Shown: piece by piece, positions 22,765 through 34,739 of the stretch | How the letters are laid out: each line of letters starts with the position of its first letter | How positions within the stretch are numbered: the first letter of the stretch is position 1 | Assembly (NCBI RefSeq): GCF_004010195.1 | Contig: NC_057720.1 | Span: 15,404,196 to 15,452,272, forward strand | DNA length: 48,077 nucleotides | Reading direction: 5' to 3' | DNA from: Chiloscyllium plagiosum | Lineage: Eukaryota | Notes under the pieces: model-generated | What the model was told of the DNA's origin: nothing | The model's database searches: none | What the model saw: only the letters and a program-made list of their open reading frames with translations | Made by a program: the position numbers and the translations under genes

Positions 22765-23213
22765 TGGAAGGTTGGAGTTAAAAGGAGAGGCTAGATAGAA
22801 TGGGACTTTTTCCCCTGGAGCTTAGCGGACTGAAGGGTGGCCTAATAGAGGTCTATAAAATCATGAGAGGCACAGATAAAGTAGATAGCCAACTGTTTTC
22901 TCTATGATAAGTGGGTCTAAAATTAGAGGCATAGGTTTAAAGTGAGAGGGGAGAGATACAAAAGGGTCCAGAGGGGCAATTTGTTTCACACATGAGGGTG
23001 CAGGATTGTCTGGAATGGCCTGCCAGAGGTAGTAATGGAGGCGAGTACAATTTTGTCATTTAAAAAAATTTGGACAGGTACATGGATGGATTGGGTTTGG
23101 AGGGATATGGACCAAACACAGGCAAATGGGACTAGTTTAATTGTGAAAACTGGGCGGTGTGAGTCAGTTGGGCTAAAGGGCCTGTTTCCGTGCTGTAGAC
23201 TTTGATGACTCTC
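22765..23213 (+). mobile_element. CR1 LINE 3' fragment
   Basis: ctaatagaggtctataaaatcatgag...ggaatggcctgccagagg...gggcctgtttccgtgctgtagac tail. Confidence 0.9.
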
Positions 23214-23317
23214 TAAGTTGTGAGTGGGAGTTGCTCTAAAAAAGTTGTTTTGGCAATATTTTGACTGTGTATTCTGACCTTGTATTCTGAATTGTTACTA
23301 AAAGGCAATTACGCATT

Positions 23318-23671
23318 GGGGAGAATATAGTCTGGTGGTATTATTGTTAGACTGAAACCCAGATAGTGTTCTGGGGACCCGTATTCAAATCCCTTCATGG
23401 CACATGACAGACTTTGAATTCAATAAAAGAAAAATCTGGAATTAGGAGTCTAATGATGACTGTGAATTCATTGCTGATTTTTGGAAAAACCCACCTGGTT
23501 CACTTTAGGGAATATCCTGTAGGGAGGGAAATCTGCCATCTTTACCTGGTCTGACCTACATGTGACTCCAGATCCACAGAAATGCCATTGACATTTAACT
23601 GCTCTCTGGGTTGGGCAATAAATGCTGGCCTCTCCAGTGATGCCCTCATCCAATGAATGAATTAAAAAAAT
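23318..23671 (+). mobile_element. tRNA-derived SINE, second family, near full length
   Basis: tRNA-like head with B box (ttcaaatccc), core cacctggttcac...gtgactccagatccacag, tail gggcaataaatgctggcc...aatgaatgaattaaaaaaa. Confidence 0.85.
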
Positions 23672-23843
23672 CATTATAATGAATGCCTAATTATAAAGAA
23701 ATATGCCATCATTTAAATATTATAAAGAAAGATTGTGAAACTAACACAGAACTTTTTGGGAGTGCACAATTAGTCAAGAGAAGTGCTGGAACAGGTTAAT
23801 GGTTTTGGTAGAACTGGTGATATGTCAAACCAGAAAGATTGGT

Positions 23844-24012
23844 TTGGAGTTGCCGGTGTTGGACTGTGGTGTACAAAGTTAAAAATCGCACAACACCGGG
23901 TTATAGTCCAACAGGTTTATTTGCTGCTCACTAACCAAGGAGCAGCACTTTGAAAGCTAGTGCTTCCAAATAAACCTGTTGGACTATTACTCAGTGTTGT
24001 GTGATTTTTAAC
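23844..24012. mobile_element. PLE-derived fold-back element (family B) with a ~13-bp TSD
   Basis: Arms at 23878-23923 and 23967-24012; cagaaagattggt (23831-23843) vs cagaaggattggt (24012-24024). Confidence 0.85.
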
Positions 24013-24479
24013 AGAAGGATTGGTCAAGACATCACAAATGTTTTCTGTGCTTTATGAATACCTGTCTCATCCCTTCCTCTCTAAACATGAGGTTTGAAAC
24101 TTACAGTGAAATCTTTTACCTGTTTATGATTGCAAACATGCAGAAATGTGCATTTATTTTAAATATGTAAGCCATAAAGTATCATCTCCAACTCAGATTC
24201 AACAGGCCAGCTACATGTGGAGATACAAACGCTTACTCAGCTAATTGTGACGTATCTTCACCAGCTAACACGAACCTGTGGAAAATTTTGTGCTATTTCG
24301 AACTGCCCTTCACTGAAAGTACTCTTTAACTTCTCCAAATATCCACTGCATTTGGGTATTGGTTATATTTGAGGGATGACTGGGAGATTTTTCGGTATAA
24401 CCTCACCCCCTTACTGTCTATTTCTCACTAAGTTTGGAAGGGGAGTCAGGATCGAGTTAACAACTCTCCAGGATGAGCA

Positions 24480-25315
24480 ACATAGAAACAGGAGTAGGTC
24501 ATCCAGCTCCTTGAGCCCATTCCATGATACTAGACAATGGCTGGTAATCTATTTCGATGCTATATACTCATGCTATCTCCATATGCTTTGAGATCATCAG
24601 TAACTATTAATCATTCTCTTAAACTAATGGTCAAGCTTGCCACACCACTGGTGTAGAGAATTCCAAGCATTCACTACACTTTGAATGAATAAATCTTTCT
24701 TTATCTCAATCTTAAATGGCTTGCATTTTGTGTTAAGAATGTATCTGCTGGTTCTCGTCTGCGCATCAAGACTGCACAGGTATCCTTTCTGTGTCTACTC
24801 TGGTCTCATTTTTCAAACCTCCAGATAATCCCGGCAAAGTATCTACAATCTCTCTTTATAGGACAGTGCCATATCCCCAGGAATCTATTTGGTGAACCTG
24901 TGCTGCACTCCTGTGTGAGTAGGGTAGTAGACCGGAACGGTGGTAAAAACAATGACTGCAGATGCTGGAAACCAGATTCTGGATCAATGGTGCTGGAAGA
25001 GGACAGCAGTTCAGGCAGCCAGTAGACCAGAACTCCAGGTGCAGTCTCACCAGTGTGCTTATGTAATTGAAGCAAACCTTCTTTACTCCAATACTCGATG
25101 ATTATTTTATTCATTTATGGGATGTGGGTAAATCCATCTGTGATAAAATCCAAAAATACATTTTGCATTTTAAATTGCTTGCTGCGCCTCTAAGCTAATG
25201 TTCATTGACTTATGAACATGGTCACCTTGGTCCCTTTGGACATTAACAGTTTTTGAAGCTCTCAGCATTTAATATTCTTCATTCCCACCTGCCTAATTGG
25301 ATAATGTCACACTTA
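24480..25315 (-). mobile_element. Old CR1 3' fragment carrying a PLE-end insertion
   Basis: Antisense CR1 tail at 24481, tagagaattccaa.cattcac, ctccaggtgcagtctcacc. Confidence 0.75.
24939..25020 (-). mobile_element. Solo PLE terminal piece (family A) with a 13-bp TSD
   Basis: Matches 22225-22300; agtagaccggaac (24926-24938) vs agtagaccagaac (25021-25033). Confidence 0.82.
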
Positions 25316-25335
25316 TTCAAATTATATTCCCTAAA

Positions 25336-25461
25336 CCTGATGAAGGGCTTTGCCTGAAATGTCGATTCTCCTGCTCCTCAGATGCTGCCTGACCTGCTGT
25401 GCTTTTCCAGCGCCACACTCTTGACTCCAGTCCCCAGCATCTGCAGTCCTCACTTTCTCCC
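25336..25461 (+). mobile_element. PLE terminal repeat (family A) beginning with a hammerhead motif
   Basis: CUGAUGA a GGGC uuu GCCU GAAA ug UC at 25337-25363, then the family A terminus. Confidence 0.82.
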
Positions 25462-25477
25462 ACTCCCTCAACCTGTT

Positions 25478-26435
25478 CAAGTGATCTGCAAGTGGGGACA
25501 GAGTGTAAACATAGTAACATAGGAGAATTTGTGGATGATACTAAAATAGGTGGGAAAGCAGGCAGTGATGAAGAGATTAAGAGTTTTCAGATGGATATTG
25601 ATAGGCTCGGAGAATGGGCCAGACTCTAGCAGATGGCACTTAATGTGGATACATGTGAAGTTGTCCATTTTGGCTAGAAAAATAAAAGGCCAAATTGTTA
25701 TGTAAATGGGAAGCAGATTCAAACTGGGTCAGTGCAGACGGATCTGGGTATCTTGGTGCATGCATCACAGAAAGTGGGTATGCAAGTGCAACAAATAAGA
25801 CAGGCAGCTGGAATTTTGGCATTTATTGCAAAAGGGCTGGGTTATGAAAGTAAATAAATGTTGTTACAATTAGATAAGGCATTGGTGACACCATACCTGG
25901 AGTATTGTGCCAAGTTTTGGTTTCCTTACTTGAGGAAGGATGTGGTGGCACTGGAGGCAGTTCAGAGGAGGTTCACCAGGTTGATTCCAGGATGAAAGGA
26001 CTGTTGTATGAGGAGCACTTGAATAGCTTGGGTTGTAGTTCAGAAGAACAAGGGACATCTGATGGAGGTATATAAAGTGCTAAAGTGGATAAGGTGGGCA
26101 TTGAGTAGACATTCCCCTTGTGGGGCAGACTTGAACAAGAGGTCATAGATATAGAGTGAGAGGTGGAAGGATCAGAACTGAGATGAGGAGAAACTGCCTT
26201 ATTCAGAGGGTTGTGAACCTGTGGAACTTACTGTCCCAGAGTGCAGTGGAGACAGAATCAATCAACAGATTCAAGAAAGAAACAGAAATGTTTCTGATGA
26301 AAAGCAGGATAAAGGGCTATGTGGAACTGGCTGGAAAGTGAAGTTGAGACCTGGATATGATCAGCCATGATCATGTTAAATGGAGGTGCAGACTTGAAAG
26401 ACTGAATTGCTTTCTCCTGCTCCCAATTCCTATGT
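25478..26435 (+). mobile_element. CR1 LINE RT C-terminus to 3' end, with stops
   Basis: FVDDTKIGG...QMDIDRLGEWA, LVTPYLEYC, RTEMRRN...RVVNLWN, CR1 tail. Confidence 0.9.
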
Positions 26436-26464
26436 AAATCTCCCCGAAGTCCGGATCTTCCTCA

Positions 26465-26760
26465 CAGCTCACATTCCCACCAATTATTGTGTCATCCACC
26501 AATCTTGAAATATTAAAATTATCCCAACATTTAAATCATTGTTATAGATTTTGAACAGCTGGAGTCATGTGCTGATCCTTGCAGAACCCCATTGGTCGCG
26601 GCCTGTCAATCTGAGAATGACTTATTTATTCCCACTCTCCATTTCCTGCCTCTTAACCAATCCTTAATAATTGCTAGTACATTACCCCCAAATCCACACG
26701 CTTTCATTTTATTTGCTAATCTCCTGTGTGGGATTTTATCTACTTGCTTCCGAAATCCAA
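26465..26760 (-). mobile_element. CR1 RT internal fragments
   Basis: ORF 26606-26836 DKIPHRRLANKMKACGFGGNVLAIIKDWLRGRKWRVGINKSFSD. Confidence 0.8.
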
Positions 26761-27209
26761 AATTTTCTGTACTTTCCGAGAGTTGTTTATTTTTCTCCTG
26801 TGTACAATCCAGCAGGAAAACTAACCATGGGGACACTATAGCAATTGGACATGTTTCCTTGATTTTCTTTGCTAATTTTGTTTATCAGTTCTATAAAGAT
26901 AGGAAATGGGAAGTTATTACCCCAGTTTGGAGGTGATGCAATGTCCAGGAAGATTTCTAATTTGAGTTGACATTGTGGGTGAGCCTGGCTTTGGTGCAGT
27001 TAGTGATCCCAAGACAAAGGTACTTAAGTATTCTGACAGTACAGAGCAAGATGGGAAGGTAATCTGGGAGGAGGAGGAGGTGCAAAGAGACACAGATAGG
27101 TTAACCGATTGGGGAACAAAGTAGCAGATGGAGTATAATATGGGGAAGGGTAAAGTCATTCACTTTGGTTGTAAGAACAGAAATACAGAATATTTTTAAA
27201 AGGTGTGAA

Positions 27210-28428
27210 GCACATGGGAATACAGGGAGAACTAGCCATTTTGATACAGAACTGGCTCAAAGGTAAAAGACTGGAGGCCTGTGACCAGTGGAGTGCCACA
27301 AGGATCGTTGCTGGGCCCTCTACTTTTTGTCATTTACATAAATGATTTGGATGCAAGTATAAGAGGTACAGTTAGTAAGTTTACAGATGACACCAAAAGT
27401 GGAGGTGTAGTGGACAGCGAAGAGGGTTACCTCAGATTACAACAGGCTCTTGACCAGATGAGCCTGGCTGAGAAATGGCAGATGGAATTTAATTCAGATA
27501 AATGCGAGGTGCTACATTTTGGGAACTTAATGGTAAGGTCCTAGGGACTGTTGCTGAACAAAGAAGACCTTGGAGTGCTGATTCATAGTTCCTTGAAAAT
27601 GGAGCTGCAGGTAGTTAGGATAGTGAAGAAGGCGTTTGGTATGCTTTCCTTTATTGGTCAGAGTATTGAGTACAGGAGTTGGGAGGTCATGTTGCAGCTG
27701 TACAGGACATTGGTTAGACCACTGTTGGAATATTGCGTGCAGTTCTGGTCTCCTTCCTATCGGAAAGATGTTGTGAAACTTGAAAGGGTTCAGAAAAGAT
27801 TTACAAGGNNNNNNNNNNNNNNNNNNNNNNNNNNNNNNNNNNNNNNNNNNNNNNNNNNNNNNNNNNNNNNNNNNNNNNNNNNNNNNNNNNNNNNNNNNNN
27901 NNNNNNNNNNNNNNNNNNNNNNNNNNNNNNNNNNNNNNNNNNNNNNNNNNNNNNNNNNNNNNNNNNNNNNNNNNNNNNNNNNNNNNNNNNNNNNNNNNNN
28001 NNNNNNNNNNNNNNNNNNNNNNNNNNNNNNNNNNNNNNNNNNNNNNNNNNNNNNNNNNNNNNNNNNNNNNNNNNNNNNNNNNNNNNNNNNNNNNNNNNNN
28101 NNNNNNNNNNNNNNNNNNNNNNNNNNNNNNNNNNNNNNNNNNNNNNNNNNNNNNNNNNNNNNNNNNNNNNNNNNNNNNNATAAAAGAGACCTAAGGGGCA
28201 ACTTTTTCACACAGAGGGTGGTACGTGTATGGAATGAGCTGCCAGAGGAGGTTGGTACAATTGCAACATTTAAGAGGCATTTGGATGAGTATATGAATAG
28301 GAAGGGTTTGGAGGGATATGGGCCGGGTGCTGGCAGGTGGGACTAGATTGGGTTGGGATATCTGGTCGGCATGGACAGGTTGGACCGAAGGGTCTGTTTC
28401 CATGCTGTACATCTCTATGACTCTATGA
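27210..28428 (+). mobile_element. Young CR1 (HER1-like) LINE, 5'-truncated, RT to 3' end
   Basis: [47 protein letters not shown], (ctctatga)2 tail; same subfamily as 41943-43692. Confidence 0.95.
27809..28179. other. Assembly gap
   Basis: Run of N. Confidence 1.
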
Positions 28429-28431
28429 CAT

Positions 28432-28749
28432 GGGTGGCATGGTGGCTCAGTGGTTAGCACTGCTGCCTCACAGTACCAGAGTCCCAGGTTCAATTCCTGC
28501 CTCGGGTGACAGTCTGTGTGGAGTTTGCACATTCTCCTTGTGTCTGCGTGGTTTCCTCTGGGTGCTCTGGTTACCTCCCACAGTCCAAACGATGTGTAGG
28601 CCATGTGAATTGGTCATGCTAAATTGCCCCTAGTGTTAGGCGCATTAGTCAGAGTGGAAGTGGATCTGGGTGGGTTACTCTTCGAAGGGTCAGTGTGGAC
28701 TGGTTAGGCTGAAGTGCTTGTTTCTGCACTGCAGGGAATCTAATCTAAT
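28432..28749 (+). mobile_element. HE1 SINE, full length
   Basis: A and B boxes, V-domain, CR1-like tail, aatct repeats. Confidence 0.92.
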
Positions 28750-29233
28750 GAATGTTAATGCTCAGAGAGACATACATCCTGGCACATGGAACACAGAATG
28801 TCGATACAGCAAGTGATCAGGAAAACGTGTTGATCTTCTTTGCAAATGGAGCTTTACCAAAATCATGCAAGGTTTTTGATGAATATTGTGCTCAGATCTT
28901 TTTGTCTCCATATTTAATGAAGGGTATATCTGTTTTGGAAGGAGCACAGTCACTAGATCGGTTCCTAGGGTGAGAGGGTTGTCGTATAAAGAGAGACGGA
29001 CTAAGCTGGGTCTACATTCTCTGGAGTTTAGAAGCACTAGAATCAATCTCATTGTAACCCTCTGGATTCTAAAGGGGACTTGACAGGGTAAGTGGTGAGA
29101 GGGTGGCTCCGCCCTACTAGGGAACCTAGAACACCAGACAGTCTCAAGCTAACTGGATAATCATCTGGGATTCAGATAAGGAGAAATACTTTTGCACTCA
29201 CGGGGTCATGAATGTTTGGGACTCTCATTGGGT

Positions 29234-29548
29234 TTATAGAATCCCTACAGTGCAGAAACAGGCCAATCTGCCGATCCAGTCCACACCACCCCCTCCCAAA
29301 GAGAATCCCACCCAGACCTGCACAATGCCCCCCCCACCAAACCTTTCCTTGTAGCTCTGCCTTTCCCACGCCCAATCCACTAAACTACACATTTTTCGAC
29401 TGTGGGAGGAAACTAGTGCACATGGAGGAAATCCACCCAGACATGAGGAGAACATGCCCACGCAGACAGTTGCCTGAGGCTGGAATTGAACCCGGGTCCC
29501 TAGCAATGTGAGGAATCAGTGCTAACCACTGAGCCACCATTCCGTCCC
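29234..29548 (-). mobile_element. HE1-like SINE
   Basis: Reverse-complemented head gctaaccactgagccacc, ggaattgaacccggg, tail atccctacagtgcagaaacaggcc. Confidence 0.88.
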
Positions 29549-29549
29549 A

Positions 29550-29680
29550 TCTAAAGAAGAATCATAACGGACTCAAAACATTAACTCTGTTTCTAACTCC
29601 ACTAGTGCTGCCAGTGCTAAGTTTATTCATATTTTCTATTTTTATTTCATATTTCCAGAATCCACAATTTTATTTTGTTT
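29550..29680 (+). mobile_element. Decayed PLE family C end
   Basis: aagaagaatcat..cggactcaaaacattaactctgtttct, like 40889-40930. Confidence 0.6.
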
Positions 29681-31122
29681 TTAAGATATAGGTTGACTGA
29701 CAGAGTCACGATGGTATGTGGAGGATAAAGAGGAGAAATGTGAGATTATTCACTTTTGGTAGTACATTTGCTTTCCAGTTGTGATCAGTTACAGGAACCT
29801 TGGCTATGTATTCACTGAACTCCCTGATACTAACACCCTCGCAATTTTCCATCCCATCTTTGGACATTACAGAATATTCTCACCCCAGCTGTGATCAGTT
29901 CCCTCAGCCGAAACCCAGTAACGAAATTCAGACCTCTGAGTTTGTGCTGATAGAGCTTGTGCAACAGGCAAATGGTGCCAAGGTGGAACTAACAATACCC
30001 GATCGTTTCACAGCGATCGATGATAACAGTCTGTGAGGATGCGTTACTGCAGTTCTGTAACTCAGTTTTGTCCTTAACCACCTTGAATAACCTGATAGAG
30101 TTTTATATTTCTTCAGAGGATATTTATATTTCAGCAAATTGTTCAGAAAGAATATGCTTGTGCAGAAACTGAAGCCACAGTGGAAAACTTTGCTTGGCAG
30201 AGTTGGGTGAAAAACACAAGGCCAAATACAGCTGTGGTGCAAGTTGGAGGTTATAGATACAGACACATTATTATTTCATCATCTCACTAGAAGCAACTCA
30301 AAGCCCTCTCTGTCTGACTTGTCGATAGAAGAAAATGAAAGGAAATGAACAGTCTGTAAAGAAGTGGTGAATTGCATTCCTCCTGGAGCCTTTTTACTTG
30401 AAAAACTTTCCCTCTTATCTCACAGGTTAAAAAAATGCACATGTGGGATTCTGTCTGTAACTCTGATCCGTAAAGGAGCTTAAATTCCCACCTTTGTTAA
30501 TTTTAGTAGATCATTAGCTGCAAGTCAAAGCTATCGGGACGCAGGAAATTGAGCTCAGAACAGTAAGCATTATTGGTAAGATTTCAGAATCCTCCTCCCG
30601 CACAGCGCCCTGTATCCTCCAAGTGTGGTGACGTTAGTTACAACTGTGTCTCAGATTATAGATACCAAAGCCTTGACAGCAGCAGTGGGATCAGTCAATG
30701 AGAACTACATTTATCCTACTGCCTGTTTATTAGTCGATGGTCTTGACTGCAAACTACTGCCCATTGCTTCAGGACACTGCTCATTTAGAATGGTATATCA
30801 GCACCTCTCCCTGTATAACTCTCAGATCATTGTCTATCACTTTTAAGGTGGCAAGGTGAGTAACTTCTCTAAATCCTGATGCTCTACTTAGCTTCTTTTT
30901 CAATGCATTTCCGCTAAGGCTATAGAATGACCGATGCATGGTGACAGCAGTGTATACAGTCCTTAATTGGACAGTGCAGCAATTCACTTGATCTATTTCA
31001 ACAGCACCTTGCAAACCCACAACCTCTACCATCCAACAGGGCAAGGGCGGTAGGTGTAGGGAGCAGTACCACCTGTACATTCCCCTCGAAGCCACACCCC
31101 ACCCTGACTTGGAGCTACATCA

Positions 31123-31272
31123 AATGTAAATTTCTGCAGTTGCTGGAAATCTGAAATCAAAACAGCAAGTGCTAGAGAAACTTGGCGACTGGTTCTGAAG
31201 ATGAGTCACACTCTGTTTCTCTACCGATGCTGCCAGACCTGGTGAGTTTCTTTAGCAATTCCTGTTTGTATT
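31123..31272. mobile_element. Internally deleted family C fold-back with a degenerate 19-bp TSD
   Basis: ctgacttggagctacatca (31104-31122) vs ctgacttgaaattgtatca (31273-31291), all differences transitions. Confidence 0.65.
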
Positions 31273-31408
31273 CTGACTTGAAATTGTATCATTGTTTCTT
31301 CGTTGTGGCTGGATCAAGTTCCTGGAACTCCCTCTCTAACAGCACTGTACTCACTGAGCACTGCAGTGATTCAGGAAGACAGCTCATCCCCACTCTCTCC
31401 AGGAAGCC

Positions 31409-31948
31409 ATGATGTGGAGGTGCCAGTGTTGGACTGGGGTGGACAAACTTAAAAATCACACAGCACCAGGTTTAGTCCAACAGGTTTATTTGGAAACACT
31501 AGCTATCGGTGCACTGCTCTTTCATCAGGAAGCTACTGGGACAGGATCACAGGACACAGAGCTTGTAGTAAAAGATCAAAGTGACATAAACTGTTACAAT
31601 GAATTGAACAAACCTAGATTGCTGTTCAGTCTTAGAATGGGATTGCAGGTTCTGATTGATTAATATGTCAATCCCAAAACTTCTTTCAAGTCACAGTCCC
31701 AAGATAACTTAAGGTTTTATCAGTATATAAAAAAAAGACCTCAGCTCAGACAGTGCATTAATGATGTGAGGTTAGAGTGTGTCTGTATGGGTTGTCCTGT
31801 ATCCCAACCTTGAGTCAGACCGGTTCTCTTTCCAAAGTAGGAATTTATAAAATGGCACATGGACTGACTGCCTGCAAATTGTGTGCTTTGTGAACAAAAT
31901 AGAATGTATCTGCAAATACAAATTCACCCCACTGGTGTGTGTGTGTGT
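31409..31948 (-). mobile_element. Penelope-like element 3' region (family B)
   Basis: ttaaaaatcacacagcaccagg terminus, hammerhead remnant at 31498-31529, (gt)n at ~31935-31948. Confidence 0.72.
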
Positions 31949-32257
31949 ACATGCACTCTCTCAGGGAGGTTAGTCATAGGTAATAAACGCTGACGTAGAC
32001 AGTGACACCTACAGCCTGCAGAGGGAAGAGCACTGCGTTACTGAAACGTTAATGTGAAATAGCTGGCCCTTCATTTTATCATTTTATCATTTTATCAAGC
32101 ACAGTGATTTACTCTGTGCTTGCCTCAAACACGGCTGATTCCGAACTGTCTGCCCATGTGCTGGCCATTAATTCAACTCAAGGTAAAGCACTTATTTATT
32201 TCAGTTCAGCTTAAAGACAAATTCTTTTCTTCTTGCTACATTAGAATAATAGATGAC

Positions 32258-32558
32258 GTTTAGCACCATTACCTCACAGTATCAGAGACCCAGGTTCGAT
32301 TCCTCTCTTGGGTGATTGTCTGTGTCTGCATGGGTTTCCCCCAGGTGCTCTGGTTTCCTCCTACAGTCCAAACAAGGTTAGGTGGATTGGCCATACTAAA
32401 TTGCCCATAGTGTCCAGTGATGTGCAGGCTAGTTGGGTTAACCATGGGAATTGCAGGGTTACATTGTTAAGGGAGGGTTGGGTCTGTGTCTTTGGAATGT
32501 TGATGCAGACTCAATGGGCCAAATGGCCTCTATCTGCACTGTAGAGATTTTATGATTT
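32258..32558 (+). mobile_element. Older HE1-like SINE
   Basis: ttagcacc..tacctcacag, ggttcgattcc, gggccaaatggcct...gcactgtagagatt tail. Confidence 0.82.
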
Positions 32559-32609
32559 TACAAATTATCTGTATACATCACTGTTCTGGTTATAAACCAC
32601 ACTGGACAC

Positions 32610-34030
32610 TCATGGGCAGAAAAATGGTAGATGGAGTTCAATCTGGATAAATGCGAGGTACTGCATTTTGGTACAAGAATAGGGCTCACACAGTTAATGG
32701 TAGGATCTTTGGTAATGTTTAAAAGTGTGGCGCTGGAAAAGCACAGCCTGTCAGGCAGCATCCGAGGAGCAGGAGGGTTGACATTTCGAGCATTACCCCT
32801 TCATCAGGAATGTGGGGATGGTGCCCAAGGGGGCTGAGAGATAAATGGGAGGGGGCTGGGGTTTGGAGGAATGTGGCTGGGAATGGGATAGGTAGATGAA
32901 GGTGGGGGGTGATGGTGATAGGGTGGAGCAGATAGGTGGGAAGAAAGATGGATAGGTAGGAAAGTTCAAGGGGGTGGTGCTGAGTTGGAGGATTAGATCT
33001 GGGATAAGTTGGGGGGAGGGGAGGTGAGGAAACTGGCTGGAGGGTCCCAAGACAGACGCTGATGTGTTCTTCCTCCCTGTGTCGGCTGGCTAGGATTTGA
33101 CAGTGGAGGAGGTTCAGGACTTGCATGTCCTTGGTGGAGTGGGAGGGGGAGTTGAAGTGGTTGGCCACAGGGTGGTGGGGTTGTTTGGTGCATACGTACC
33201 GAAGATGTTCTCTGAAACGCTCAACAAGGTGATGTTCTGTCCTCCCAATGCAGCGGACACCACATCGAGAGCAATAGACACAGATGATGATGTGTTGGAG
33301 ATGCAGAAACCTTGGGTAGTGTTGTAGAACAGAGAGACCTAGAGGTGTAGATACATAATTCTTTGAAATTTGCATCACATATAGACAGGTTGGCTAAAAA
33401 GGCATTTAGCACGCTTGCCTTCATTGCTCAGTTCTTTGAGTGTAGGAGTCGGGAAGTCATGTTGGGATTGTACAGGACATTGGTGAGGCCTGTTCTGGAA
33501 TACCATGTCCAGTTCTGGTTCCCAGATATAAAAAGGATATTGTTAAGCTGGAAAGAGTTCAGAAGAGATTTACCAGGATGTTGACAAGTATTGAGGATTT
33601 GAGTTAAAGAAAAGCTAGATATGCTGGGACTTTCTTCACTGGAGCACAGGAGGTTGAGAGGCGATCTGATAAAATAATGAGTGGTTTCGATAGAGTTCAT
33701 GGTCGTTGTCTTTTCCCTAGGAAGGGGGATTTCAAGACTAAGGAACACATTTTTAAGGTGAGAGGAGAGACATTTAAAAAAGACATAAGAGACAAATTTT
33801 TTACAGAGGGTGGTTCGCATGTGGAATGAACTTCCTGAGGAAGTGATGGCTGTCGGTGCATTTACAATGTGCAAAAGACATTTGGCTAGATACATAAATA
33901 GGAAAGGTTTGGATGGATATAGGCTGAGAGCAGACAGGTGGGACTAGTTTCGTTTGGGATTATGTTCAGCATGGGCTGGTTGGACTGAAGGGTCTGTTTC
34001 CATGATATGTGACTCGATGACTGTATGATT
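32610..34030 (+). mobile_element. CR1 LINE 3' part (32610-32719 + 33311-34030) split by a PLE
   Basis: [36 protein letters not shown]1 tail. Confidence 0.9.
32720..33310 (-). mobile_element. Penelope-like element 3' fragment with a decayed GIY-YIG endonuclease and hammerhead
   Basis: IICVYCSRCGVRCIGRT...ERFREHL...PVANHFNSPSHS; hammerhead core at 32777-32811; degenerate TSD ctttggtaatgtt / cttgggtagtgtt. Confidence 0.88.
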
Positions 34031-34739
34031 ATGTCTAGTTACATGCCATACCATTAAAATACGGACTATCTGAATGACATGTCTAATCAATAATTGCCCT
34101 AGGTCGCCAATCCACTCCATATCACCTATCCGTAATACACAGAATAATTTACTTCAGACTCAAATATTCCTCTATTTTCACCCTACTGTAATCTCCTATT
34201 ATGTGCAAGCTTTAAGCATGAATTCAATAGAGATTCAGACAGGAGGATTCTCTACCATTATATGTTTCTATGTTCAATTCCATTGCTTTTGTTCGACCTT
34301 TTTGTTAATCTCTATCTGTGGCAGTACAGCATTTGCTTTACACAAAGTGTTTACCAGTCGAATTATTCCTTATGCTCCTTGTGCTATTTTGCAGAAAATT
34401 CATGTGGTTTCTTCATCGCATGTCCAGGTCTTTTACACCAAGGTTTTCATCTCTCTTTCACAAGATCCTAAGCCTAACTCTTCGTGGTGTAGAAATTGAT
34501 CTAACAACCCATCTGTTGTGGCTTTGAAGAAACACCTCAGTCGAAGTGTGAACTGAATTAAATAAGTCTAGTCATTTTGGGGACTTGCACCATATGGATT
34601 GTCCTTTGAGACTCGGCTGGTTTAGACTAACTGAGGAAAGGGAACCTGTTATCCCTTTAATGTAAATCCAGGCCCACCTTAAGCAGTTGACACTTAGTCT
34701 CCCCAGCAGTGGCCAAACCCATTCAGTTATGAGGACATA

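Larger units (their letters stand above)
27020..29230 (+). mobile_element. Old CR1 (27020-27209 + 28750-29230) split by a younger CR1 and an HE1
   Basis: QMEYNxGK..VIHFG before the break; gaatgttaatgctcagagagac resumes the expected sequence after it; GLSYKER..LGLHSLEF. Confidence 0.75.
30935..32020 (+). mobile_element. 3' end of the second CR1-group LINE, split by two PLE insertions
   Basis: Reverse complement of 37445-37800 (cagcaccttgcaaacccacaacc, caccctgacttgg, aataaacgctg). Confidence 0.7.

Noticed and set aside
22225..25020. Recurring palindromic repeats as a CRISPR-like array
   Set aside because: Dispersed eukaryotic retroelement ends with TSDs; no regular repeat-spacer periodicity and no cas genes.
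32071..32097. (tcatttta)3 and other microsatellites or G-runs (6998-7016, 31935-31948)
   Set aside because: Ordinary simple repeats with no evidence of function.
34074..34499. 141-aa ORF in unique DNA
   Set aside because: No recognisable domain, composition typical of AT-rich non-coding DNA, and no supporting exon structure.
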